A stretch of 64,000 nucleotides of DNA from Vitrella brassicaformis CCMP3155. Lineage: Eukaryota; Protista; Chromerida. The stretch lies in NCBI GenBank assembly GCA_001179505.1, contig CDMY01000496.1:1179-65178 (forward strand), read 5' to 3'. Position 1 is the first letter of the stretch. Every line of letters starts with the position of its first letter. The position numbers and the translations under genes are program-made. Under the pieces are notes generated by a model that searched no databases, was not told the origin of the DNA, and was given only the letters and a program-made list of their open reading frames with translations. Positions 38,343-49,821 of the stretch are shown here, one piece after another.

Positions 38343-40292
38343 TGTGTGTCACCAGGTTTGTGTTGCATCGACGAGTTTGACAAGATGGACGACAGCGCAC
38401 GGTAGAAACCAGCAGCTCACCGTGCACACGCACATGCATTCACCTGAGAGTTGGGCTATGTGTGTGTGTGTGAAGTGCGATATTGCACGAGGCGATGGAG
38501 CAGCAGACGGTGTCCATCGCCAAGGCCGGCATGGTCTGCTCACTCAACGCCAGAACCGGTGGGTGCCTGGTGGGGAGTCTGTGCATCCCGAATGGGTGGA
38601 TGGATTTTCTCTCTTTCTCTCTCTCCTGCGTGTGTGCACATTCAGCTGTGCTCGCGTGTGCGAATCCCGTGCTGTCGCGATACGACCCCACCAAAGTACA
38701 CACAGAGACACAGACACACACAGGTGGATGGGATGCCCCTTTGTCCTGTGTGTGATGTGTGTGCAGTCGATAGTGGCCAACATCAACCTGCCGCCCACGC
38801 TGATGTCGCGATTCGACCTCATCTACCTCATGCTGGACAAGGCAAACAACCAACCACACACCCACTAGCCTCCACACACACACACACACACACAGGGGGG
38901 GAGACAGACACGGACACACACCACTCTCTGTCTCTCTGTGTGTGTTGGGTGTGGTGTGTGTGTTCAGTCCAACGCAACGACCGACGAGAAGTTGGCCCGG
39001 CACATCGCCCTCCTCTACTGCGGCGATGCGGCATACAACATGGGGGATGGCGAGGGAGGGGAGGGGGAGGGGGAGGGGGAGGTGGAGTTGCTCGACCGCA
39101 AGCTGCTCGCAAACTACATCAGCTATGCTCGCACGTACGCACACACAAAGGGACCAATGGGTGGGTCAACACACGTCGTGGGTGTTGTCTTGTGGGTGGG
39201 GTGTTGTTGTGCAGTCACGTGAAGCCCCGGCTCACGAATGACGCCGCCGAAGCACTGCAGGACGTATGTATGCCCGTTGATGCCCACCAGCACTCACTCG
39301 CCCATAACTCTCTCCCTTTCTCTCTGTCTGTCTGTCTGCCTGCCTGTCTGTCTGTGGGTATGCTTGTCTACAGTCCTATGTTGCGATCCGCCAGGAGGGA
39401 GGGAGCTCGCGAAGGCAACCATACACACATCCACTCACCCACCAGTCTATCTTCGGGTGTGTGTATTGGCTGCACGCAGGAATATCACGGCAACCCCCCG
39501 TCAGCTCGAGAGTTTGATCCGCATCAGCGAGGCCCTCGCGCGTATGCAGCTCAAGGAGATGGTGGAGCCAGCACACGTGCGGGAGGCCGTCAGGTAACCA
39601 CACACACACAGACAAGACACACACACACGTGTTTGTATCTCTCTCTGTGCGTGCAGGTTGATGAGGGCCGCCACGTTCAAAGCCGCCGTCGACCCACACA
39701 CAGGCACCTATACACATACACACACACACACACACACGCGGAGAGAGACGGAGAGAGAGAGAGAGAGAGAGAGACGCGGATGGATGGATGGATGGGTGCA
39801 TCTGTCTGTTTGTGTGCAGGTCGCATAGACATGGACGCGTTGTTCACGGGCACGAGCAACCTCGCGAGAGAACGGACCAACAAGATCGAAGAGGCCACCG
39901 TAGAGGCCCTGGTCCGTCTGCCACCGAGCCACATACATTCAAAAACACATATATCCATGTGTGTGTCAGAGGAATGCCCCCAATGGGATGAAGGCCGAGG
40001 ACCTGCTGCGCGAAGTCAACCAGACCCTGGTACGTACGCATTATTGATTGACGCGTCCGTGGACGAGAGCAAAGCTCCGATCTGTGTGTGGCGTGGTGTG
40101 TATTTAGACGGCTGAGGAGCTCGAGACCCTCGACCAGATCGAATTTGACTCGCACCTGGCGGGACTCGTCCGCAACAGTACGCACAGACAGAGAGAGAGA
40201 GAGAGAGCGACCCATCCATCCATGTGTGTGTGATTGCAGGTGTTATTCGTGAGACAGCACACAAGGTGTACCTCCTGGTGGTCACGGAGTGA
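34501..40292 (+). CDS. MCM4: DNA replication licensing factor MCM4
   Basis: [39 protein letters not shown], Walker A GDPSTAKSQ (37927-37950), IDEFDKM, HEAMEQQTVSIAKAG, arginine finger MSRFDLIYL, ITATPRQLESLIR and DPHTGRIDM. More than 20 short introns. Confidence 0.93.
36997..37296. other. Assembly gap (300 N) inside an MCM4 intron
   Basis: Flanked by poly-C on both sides. The exons on either side join in frame (KT|FVDAYNIQK), so no coding sequence is missing. Confidence 0.8.
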
Positions 40293-40741
40293 CCGGCAAA
40301 GTGAGTGGGTGGGATGGATGGATGGATGGTAGAAGAACTGCGTATACAGGTGCGTGCGTGTGATACCTCTACGTGGATGTGCGGCCGCCATGGTATGTTC
40401 GTATGACCTGTATGGATTGATTGAGCGAACTCATGTGTCCCCGTCCGTCCTTCTCACCTGTCCAGCACCCCACCCCACCAAGAAAAGGCCACTCGTCCAC
40501 CCACACCCACACCCACACAACGGATAAATCGTTCGTACAAGTATACAGCTTCAACTGGAAAAAGTTGAGCAAAACCACCGCATAGACACACACACTCACA
40601 CGTTCACACATATACAGAATAAAGCCATGACGCCGTACGCACACTCGAGCGCCGTCAGGATACACACATACATTCACGCGCAGAGGCAAGAACCCTTCAT
40701 AAAAACAGCACAATACAGCGCTACCCGTCCTACCGCCCCGG

Positions 40742-42427
40742 CTAGTTCGGCGCCCGTTGGCCATCTGCGTCAATTTCCGGGTTGCACGGCGGGGGCGGCA
40801 CGGGCGACCCCACCACCACCACAGGGGCACCACCAGCACCACTGCTGCTGCTGGACTCACCTGCCTGCTGCTGCTGGTGGTGCTGTTCTTCGGCATCAGA
40901 AGCAGCAGCAGGGTGTTGCGGAACGGGAGGTAATGGGTGCAAGCGGCCTGCATGCCATACACACACAGCAATGGGCCGGGGGAATGGGTCCAGGTGTGTG
41001 GTGTGGTGTGTGACTGCGGTTACGAGGTTGCCCCTTAGGTCGTCTCCTGAGGCCCAGGAAGTAAGCATGTGTCTGCAGAGGGAGACAGAGATGCGCACAC
41101 ACATACGCGTCGATCAATCAATCAGTGTGTTTCCAGCGTGTTTGTGTACCCCTCGGGCGTGCAGGTTGATGTAGTATATCAGCCACAGAATGCCCGGACC
41201 AACAGCTATGCCCAGCTGACATGACACACGACGCGCGTCTGTAATATACTATGTCTGTGCTCTCGGCTAGCTATGTGTGTAGACCTACCGCCGTCCACAC
41301 GAGGGAGAAGGGCGAGTGGAAGAGAAACCGCGCCTTCCACGGCCCATCAAACTCCCCACCTGCACACACACACGCACAAGCAATGTGACCTGTTTATGCA
41401 GAGGCTGTGTGCATCACATAAGCACCTTTCCAGTGCAAGTTGGCCCATCCGACAGGAGCGGCCAGCAGCCCCACCACGATTGAAAGCAGCACACAGTTGA
41501 CCACGAAACACACCACACCGAACACCATGCTGCCCACCTGCACACACAGACAACCAGACAGACAGACAGACAGACCCGTCAAAAGCACCTGTGCGCATGG
41601 ATGTGTGTGTGTGTATGGGTTTCGCTGCCTTACGGCAACGTATATGCGGACATTCCAAGGCGCCCCGCCCTTGATGAAGGCGCAGAGACCGCCGCAGGAG
41701 AAGCAAGAAGGCCCGCCAGTCTGTCGACACGTGACACACAACACATGCAATTCCACCCACCCATCCATCCGTCCATCTGCCACCCTTTCATTGCCTCCAT
41801 ACACGTGGGTCGTCGTCAAACTCTGCCACAGACGGGGGAGAGGGCTGCTTCAGCTGACGACACAAACAGACAGATGAGTCTGTGTGGGCTGGATGCGGTG
41901 CTCGGTTGCTTACATGGTATGTGTGGTGTCTGTCCAGCCCGTTGAGCAGCGCCATCTGCATGGCCCGATACACAAAGGCAAAGGCGCCGCCCAAAGCGAT
42001 GAACACCACACCAACCAGACACGCGGGAAGCAGCCCAATGCCCACCTGCACAACACGCCATCCAACCACACAGACACACACCCATTGGGTCTTGTGTGTA
42101 TGTGTGTGTGTGTGTGTGTCGGCCGATTGACTGACCAATGTGAGAGTGAGTGTGGTGATGCCGAAAACGAGGTTGAGTGGCAGCTGCAGCAGCGCCATGT
42201 GGAAGAGCCCGCCCCAGAAGTCAGCAGAGAACAGCACGCCGAAATAACTGAGGCCACCTGCACAAAACAAACACACACCAACACCAATGCCCTGCAGTGC
42301 GGTGCGCCCGCCATCTGTGTGTGCATACTGTACCCGTGAAGGAGCACGCCAGTTCCTCTGCGCTGGGCGGTTCGTGGACCGCATAGCGCACAGACGACTG
42401 CATCATCTGGACAGATGACGACTGCAT
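40742..42427 (-). CDS. Multi-pass membrane protein with putative-sensor-like TM hairpins, 3' end uncertain
   Basis: In-frame exons MQSSSVQMM...CSFT|GGLSYFGVLFSADFWGGLFHMALLQLPLNLVFGITTLTLTL|VGIGLLPACLVGVVFIALGGAFAFVYRAMQ..., then a second hydrophobic block (PWNVRIYVA|VGSMVFGVVCFVVN...) and a third (LGIAVGPGILWLIYY). Confidence 0.6.
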
Positions 42428-42628
42428 GGCCCAATCTGCGCCTCCCTCACTTGTGCGAGCTCATGCCACAGCTTGCCATTCTTGTTGTCGGAAGATCCCG
42501 CCGCTTTTTGCCGTTGTTTTGCCTGCCGTGAGCGTCATTCGCCTCTCGTCGACCGTTCCTACCGGTGAGAAGCGAGCGAGACGTCCTTGACCTCGGTCAT
42601 CTGTGTGAGCTGCCTCGACAACCGACCG

Positions 42629-44445
42629 ATGGCGTCATCTGGCAGCCCTGTGCTGAATCAGCTGTTAGCGACGATCGGCGCTGTTGGCGGCGGTGCGGCC
42701 GCCGCCAGCGCGTCGGCGAGTAGTGGAGCGGCTGCAGCAGCTGCTGCTGCCGGTGGTGCGGGAGCAAGTGTGCAGCAGGGCGGTGCTGCTAGTGCTGGTG
42801 GGTGGGAGGGAATGATCGGATCAGATGGGATGGGGAGCAGATCTACGCATGTGCATGTGGATCTATCGCTGTGTGGCGTTTGGTGTGTGTGCAGGTGGTG
42901 GTGGTGGTTCTTCTGCCGCTTCCCCGAGTTTTGACATGCTGCATCAGCACATACTCAACCCCATTCAGGACAGTAAGCGGACAGACAGACACACCGACCC
43001 ACCTCACCCCACAAAGATAGATACGATGGATGGGTGTGTGCGTGTTCAGAGGACTCGCTGGTGACACTGATCTCTCACCTGCGCGACAACGAACAAGTCC
43101 TCAAGGATAACAAACGTAGGCACGCAGGCGCCATCCCCCCCCCCACACACGCACACACGGATGCTCTCACACACGTATGTGTGTGTGGATGTATCTGTGT
43201 GTCCGTATGCAGAGAATGTGTCCACCCTCCTGAACAACCTCAGCAATGCCACCCACTCTGCCGTCATCGCCGTGCTGCTGCGGTGCGACCTCCACACGCA
43301 CACACACACAGAGAGAGAGAGAGCGAGATGAGCATGTTGTTTGTGTGTGCGTTGGATGTGCTGTGTGTGTTGTGTGCAGATCTCAGATGAGGCACATGGA
43401 CGACAACGCCGACCGGAATGCGGTGTTCCGCTACGTGACCAACTTCCTCAAGGACTGCGACGCCACACAGGTGCACACACACACACACCCCTGCACACAC
43501 GCTCGCACAACAGATGGACGGGTGTGTGTGTGTGTGTGGTAAAGATCAAGCTGGTGGCTCGCGAGTTCTACTCCATTTGTTCCCGATACTCAGAGATGGC
43601 CATGCAGCTCCCCCAAGGCACACACGCACACACCGCCACACACGCACGCGTGTCTGTGTGTGTATACTGTGTGTGTGGTGGCACATGCAGGTCTGCGTGC
43701 GTTGCCTGCGTTGAAGGCGGCGATCGGCAAGCTGCAGCCGGCGCCCCATGTGCTCACACCCATACACCCGGAATTCCTCAAAGTGAGGAACGACACTCAC
43801 ACACACATATACACACAGGCGGATACCCGTGTTGGTGTGTGTGATGTGTGTTGACTGATATTGTGTGTCTGGCAGGTGTGTCTGAAGCTGAAGCACTACA
43901 CGTACGCCGTCGACGTGATAGAGGTGCCCATTCTCGATCTCAAACCCAAGGTAAATCCACACACACACAACACACACAGCGTCATATGTGTCTGTGTATG
44001 TGTCTGTGGTCGTGTGTGTGCGTGTGTTCTTAGCAAACGTGTCTGTACGTGGAGGATTTTCTGCTGTACTTCTACTACGGCGCCATGATACACATCGGAC
44101 TCAAGGCAACCACACCACACACCCACCCATCCACACACCCTGACACACACGCACTCATGTGTGTGGCGTGTTTGTGTGTGCAGGAGTACCCCCGCGCCAT
44201 TCAGTTCCTCAATCTCGTGCTGTGCTGCCCCGGCACATGTGTGTCGGCCATACAAGTATGGATGGATCGATGCGTGTGTACGTGTGTGTGTGTGTGTGTC
44301 AATCTGACGTCAATGTCAGATTGACGCGTGGAAGAAGCTGGTGTTGGTGCATCTGATCGAACACGGCGAGGGCCCCCAGACACCCAAATCATCACCTGTC
44401 AGTGTGCTGCACACATATACATGCACATATGCACACGCGCATTCC

Positions 44446-44479
<34 letters not shown>

Positions 44480-46606
44480 GCGTTGTCTCGTGCTATCGCT
44501 CCCTCCAGCGGCCATCACAACTACCGCTCGCAGTCCTCTGGCGCAGTGGTATACACAGACACTCACACAAGACATACAGGGAAGATAGCATCGCCACTTG
44601 TGTGTGTGCGGTGTGTGCAGGGTCTGTCGCCCTACAATGACATCATCGACGCGTTCAAAAGCAAAGTACCCATCCCCCCAAATGCACACACATTAGCCTA
44701 TGTGGCTACATTCGCCTGTGTGTGTGCAGGATACTGTCAAGATGGCCCGTGTGCTGAGCGGCCCCTCCTCTGTCGACATACTCAACCGCGACCAAAACAT
44801 GGGACTTGCCAAACAATGCAGCGCTGTAAGATCGACACCACACAAACACACACACACCCATTCACACGCATGTCTCTGTCCATCCATATATCAGGCGCTG
44901 CACCGTCGTATGATAGTGAACCTGACGTCTACGTATCTCACCCTCTCCCTCGACGACATCAGACAGCGAGTGCACCTTCAGGTAGTGACGCATGAGCGTT
45001 GGACGTGTGCCTCTTGTGTGATGGATGGATGGATGGATGAATGGATGTGTGCAGTCTGTGGACGAGGCCGAGACGATGGTCTTCGACATGATCACCCGGG
45101 TAAGTGGAGTGTGAGAGAGAGGGGAAACAGATGGGAATGGCGTGGCCCGCCCCCTCTACACACACGTGCATGACGATGGGTGCAGGGTCAGATCAACGCG
45201 GTGATAGACCACAGCTCCAACCACGTCATATTCAGCGAAGGAGACACAGACGAGGTACACACACACACCAAACCACACAGACATACTGATGACCACCGAT
45301 GTGTGTGTGTGTGTGTGTGTGTGCAGGATTCGACCAAGGATAGTGGGGAGGGCGTGTTGACTCAGCAGCAGATGGACGCACAGGCCAAACAGATGATCGA
45401 CATAGGCGAGATGATCCGAAAACTAGACATACAGGTACACATCACACACACGCCACCACACACCCCACCGTGTGTGTGCTCACACGTCCACACCCACAGA
45501 TAGCGGTGGACCCCCATTTCCTCAAGCGCAAGGAAGGCGGCGAGCGTGGCGGTGGGGCCCTCTTCGACGATGAGCGAGAGTGTATGCAACCACACAACAC
45601 AACTCCCCACCCCGCACATCTAGGTGTGTGTGTGCATGTGTGCATTCAGTTGGCTTCGGTCGGTCGCGTGCGATGCGCTACGGCCCTTCGCGTGTCGACA
45701 CCATGCGAAACGCATCGCGAAAGAACGTCATGCCCATGCAGGTGGGTCGCTGACTCACGAGCACACAACCCACAAGCCACTCATCCACGCATTCATTGAT
45801 CAGGGTCGTTTGCGTCGCGAGGGAGCGCCTTTGCCGCGTGAGGGAGCGCCTTCGCAGCGTCGCTTCCGGCAGCCGGCCATCAAGGAGCGAGATAGAGACC
45901 GCGACAACCGGGACGGCCGAACGATGGGTACTCACTTGAGAAATCGAGAGACGCATCTGCACCAAAGGATCTCTCTCCCTGTCTCTCTCTCTGTGTTTGT
46001 GTCAAGGTATGGATGTGGACAACGACATGGAGATGGGCGATGAAGATGACGACGAGGAAGGCGCAGACGGTGAGATGACGCCCCATACACACCCGTTCAT
46101 CCCTCCATACACACCGCCTGTCTGTGTGCCATGTGTGCCGTTTAGAGGATGAGTTGAACGGCGAGGAGGAGACCCCCCGCTCGGGCGTCAAGCGACCCTA
46201 CCAGCAGCGACTCGCAAGTAACCCCACACCTATCCAGGCGCACCCACACCCACCCTCACACCCCAATGTGCACACTCAGATGACGATATGGATGTGCTCC
46301 CTGCTGGCCGCGAGCACGACCCCATGGAGAACGGCGTCGACGCCATTGAAGAGGAGGAGGGACACCACGACAATGGCAACAACGACGGTGACACCGGCGG
46401 CGGGGGCGCACGCGACAAGCACCAGCGAGACCAAGTGAGGTGATCGAGGGATGATAGGTAGGCAGGCCATATGGGAGACACACATGTGGACACACATGGG
46501 GTTGTGTGTTGTGTGTTGGGTGCAGGTGGACCAGAGCGGCGATGCGGTGATGGCCTCTGCAGACAATGCGCCCGAGATGACCACCACAGAGGGGCGGCTC
46601 CAGTGA
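42629..46606 (+). CDS. COPS3: COP9 signalosome subunit 3 (PCI domain) with an acidic C-terminal extension
   Basis: EDFLLYFYYGAMIHIGLK|EYPRAIQF, SAIQ|IDAWKKLVLVHLI, NMGLAKQC and RRMIVNLTSTYLTLSLDDIRQRVHL match CSN3 consensus motifs. Stop TGA at 46604-46606. Confidence 0.85.
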
Positions 46607-47267
46607 ACATACCGACACCCAATGTACACTTACAGACATACAGCGGAGGAAGGACATTTTGTGCATTTTAATCGGCAGCCAGCCTTCATGTGTGAGTGCG
46701 TGTGCCTGCCTGCATTGATTGATGATGACCGTTTTTGTGTCTTTGTGGGAGTGAATGGAATGGGTGGCGGCTGGGGGAATGGGGTGAGGGAGGCGCAAAG
46801 CGGCACATAGCAGATGGACCGATGGCTGGATGTGTGGTGGTGGAATGGATTTGTGACAATGACGGTCGATTCCTTCATTGGTTGGTTCATTTATCCATGC
46901 GAGTACGCCTGCCTGCCTTTCATTATCAAGAGCAGCCTTATTCTTTCTCTCTCCCTCTCTCGTCGCCTGTGCCATAGAGAAAGCCGTCAATGCATGTGTG
47001 TGTGTGTGTCAGTTCGTTTGCGCGTGTGCAATAGGGCCGCCAAAGGATGTGTTTCCATGCAGTGATGTCGTATCTCACTCCCCAGTGTATGCGTGTCACG
47101 CCCATAGAGCCGCCCATCCATCAGGACAAAAGAGTGTGGCTCTCTGTGTCTGAGAGTGCTCTCTGCACTACATACCCGCCTTGTTTGTCAGAAGCGACAC
47201 GAGTATCGGTGAAGGCCTGTCCATCCCACCTCACAGACACTAGGGACGCAGAGAGCGACGCGCAGGG

Positions 47268-49296
47268 ATGGACAAGTGACTCACGCAATCAGTCACTGCT
47301 GCAGACACACAGACACAACACATGCATCTATCGATTTCAACGTGCACATCTTCCAGGCATACCTTTTGGACTCGTTCGGCCCCCTCCGCTCCCTCTGAAA
47401 TCTCCCTCCCATCTGCGAGCTAAGCTTGCAAACCTGCCGTGCGCGTGAAGGGTGGTTACGACGGCGGAGGAACCAAACAGGAGGAAGAAGCGACGTGTCG
47501 ATGGTGCTGATGGAGATCTCCCCGACAACGATGGAGATCTGCACAAGACCGCCACCTCGCCCCCTCCCGCCCTCCCCCTGCACATCGGCGACGCTGCATC
47601 CCCGAGTGCCCATCTCTACGGCAGCCCTGAGGCGAATGCGCCATCGTACCAGTCGACCAAGCGGCCTCTCACGCCGCCCCTCACCCAATGCTCTGACAGT
47701 GAGTGCCTGCTCGTGGATGTCGTCTTTGAGGCCGTCTGGGCCTTTCCGCACACCGACGTCGTCGAGGAGGTGGTGAGAGAGCCGGGCAGTCTGTTTGTCG
47801 GTGACCGGAGATGCCATCTCGACAACAGGTGGGCAGAGATCTCTCATTTCTGTCACAGGTTGGGCCACGTGTCTGTGTTGTGTGTTGTGTTTGTTCATTC
47901 ATCTTTGTGAGCATCGCTGAAGGGCACTCACTCTTTCTTGATGTGTTTGTTGTGTGCGTCAGGCATGTCGGCTCATCAAGCAGTGGTGCCGCTGACCAGC
48001 AGCCAGCCACACCAGACACCATCCAATACCAGTAGCCCACCCACACCCACCCCTTCACACACACAACCCTACACACAGCGCGTGGCATACTCGTGTGTAT
48101 GTGTGTGCGTCAGAGAGGGAATCGTTGAAGCTCGGCGGTGAGGGACGCAAGGCTCTGATCAAGAGGCTCAGAGAGTTCCACGAAGGCAGCAAGGACCTCG
48201 TGGTGACCTCACCAACCACACTCAGACGAGGCACTGCTGGCCGGTGTGTGAACTGCCCTCTTGTCTCTCCGGTGGCTTGGTTTGCTGGTTGGGTGCAGGA
48301 GGAGACGCTGCTCGATCAAGGTCTCAAATACGGCGAAATCCGCAACGCCACTCTGCCACAGGTAGACAGACACAGACACAAACACACACATGAGCATCTG
48401 TGTGTGTGTCTGTCTGTCTGTCTGTCTGTCTGTGTGTCTGTCAGCTGCTCAAGATGGCTTACGTGTGTGGTCTGTGGGAGGAGGCCGTGCAGCTGCACCG
48501 CGACCGCATGAAGCGATGCACACCCAGACCACTGACCCTCCCACCGCCCCCAGGCTGCGGCCTCACCGCACACCAGCGGCCCCCGCCATTCCCCTCCGGC
48601 CCCCGCCATTCCCCTCACCCCCACTAGTAAGCCCCAGGAACCATGGCCACATCCACTGGTCGCCCGGAACCATCTGAGCGTGCGGGCGCAGTGTGCCTGC
48701 AAGCCAACAGGGGATGTCCCCTCACCACAGGTGCCGCAATCGTCGCACTTGAAGGAGGATCACCCCGGCAGCCGCCTGGCGCACGAGGGCGTCGGGGCAC
48801 GCCGCGCCTGGTGTTCTCCGAGAACGTCAAGGACTTCTTCAACAAACACTACCAGATGACGGAGCCGCCCTCCGAGTCGGTGTTGCTGGGCGGTAGCCTG
48901 GAGGAGCTGACCAGACCAACCACGAAAACCGTCAAGCGGAAACATGTAGGCGCTGAACAAGGGGGGAGAGAGGGCTGCGGGGTCGGACCACTGTTGTCTG
49001 TGTGGGTGGCGGCCATCGTGTATCGCATCTCTGGAGCAGTCGGCCATTCGTGCGAACCACAGCACTCCCTCGGCTCGGCGGCAGTCGCGTACCAGGAACA
49101 GGACGAGGAGCAGGCTGACGTGCAGTCCATCTTAGCGCCCAAGGCCAAGCAGAAGAAAACGGCCAAGAAGAAGCCAAAGGCGGCAGCACCGAGGGGCTGG
49201 GCGAGGGCGAAGGCCAGAAGCCGAGGCAGGGGAGGAGGGGGAGGAATTGTTGGCGGCATCGACAGCGGCAGCACAGCCGGCGGCGTATTATGGTGA
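47268..49296 (+). CDS. Lineage-specific hypothetical protein with NLS-like basic stretches, 3' end 49296 or 49348
   Basis: MDK|VVTTAEEPNRRKKRRVDG..., shared module VDVVFEAVWAFPHTDVVEEVVREPGSLFVGDRR, helical exons (ESLKLGGEGRKALIKRLREFHEG; LLKMAYVCGLWEEAVQLHRDR), and a Lys-rich tail. Confidence 0.55.
47713..47858 (+). repeat. 146-nt coding module, copy of 19930-20075
   Basis: gtggatgtcgtctttgaggccgtctgggcctttccgcacaccgac...gcagagatctctcatttctgtcacag, ending at a splice donor. Confidence 0.9.
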
Positions 49297-49821
49297 CGAC
49301 GATGAGGACATGAGGATGGCAAGCGATCACGACAAGGCGGATGAGTGAGAGGAGGCGGGTGGTGTAGATAGTCGTGGCTGACTTCTTGATGCATGGACAC
49401 GTGCGTGACTGACCGCATTCATGGGTTGCGTGAATGCGTTCATTCGCAGAGCACAAAAGTCCGCTTCCAAGCGGCGGGCTGCATGCAGGCCGCCTAGGGT
49501 ATTCCATGAAACCGCTGGGAAGGGTGCCGTCTCTCTGAACGTACTGAAGGGCACGTCCACAGACAACCTGCCGGCGATGCAGCGCGCCGGCCTCTACTCA
49601 TAGCCTCTGCTGCTTGCCAGGTACGATACGCATCAACAAATACTGCGTGCATGCCTGCTCCCTAGTACAGATCAGATCCCGCCATGTTCCATTACCTTCG
49701 TCCCCTCCTCAGGCTGATTAACTGTATTGTGGCCATGCCCAGGGAGATCCCCTCCCGGGACGACCCATCCCAGATCATCGTGGTTGATTGACTTATCTCT
49801 CTTCCCTTCTTGTGTTTGGCC

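Noticed and set aside
1-49000. Abundant (CA)n, (GA)n, (CCAT)n, (CAGA)n runs and (GTACT)5 at 15300-15325 as CRISPR or functional arrays
   Set aside because: Simple intronic microsatellites with no repeat-spacer structure, in a eukaryotic context.
49421-49603. Short ORF MGCVNAFIRR... upstream of the PKS as a first exon or acylated peptide
   Set aside because: It ends in its own stop, no convincing splice to 49822 was found, and there is no homology evidence.
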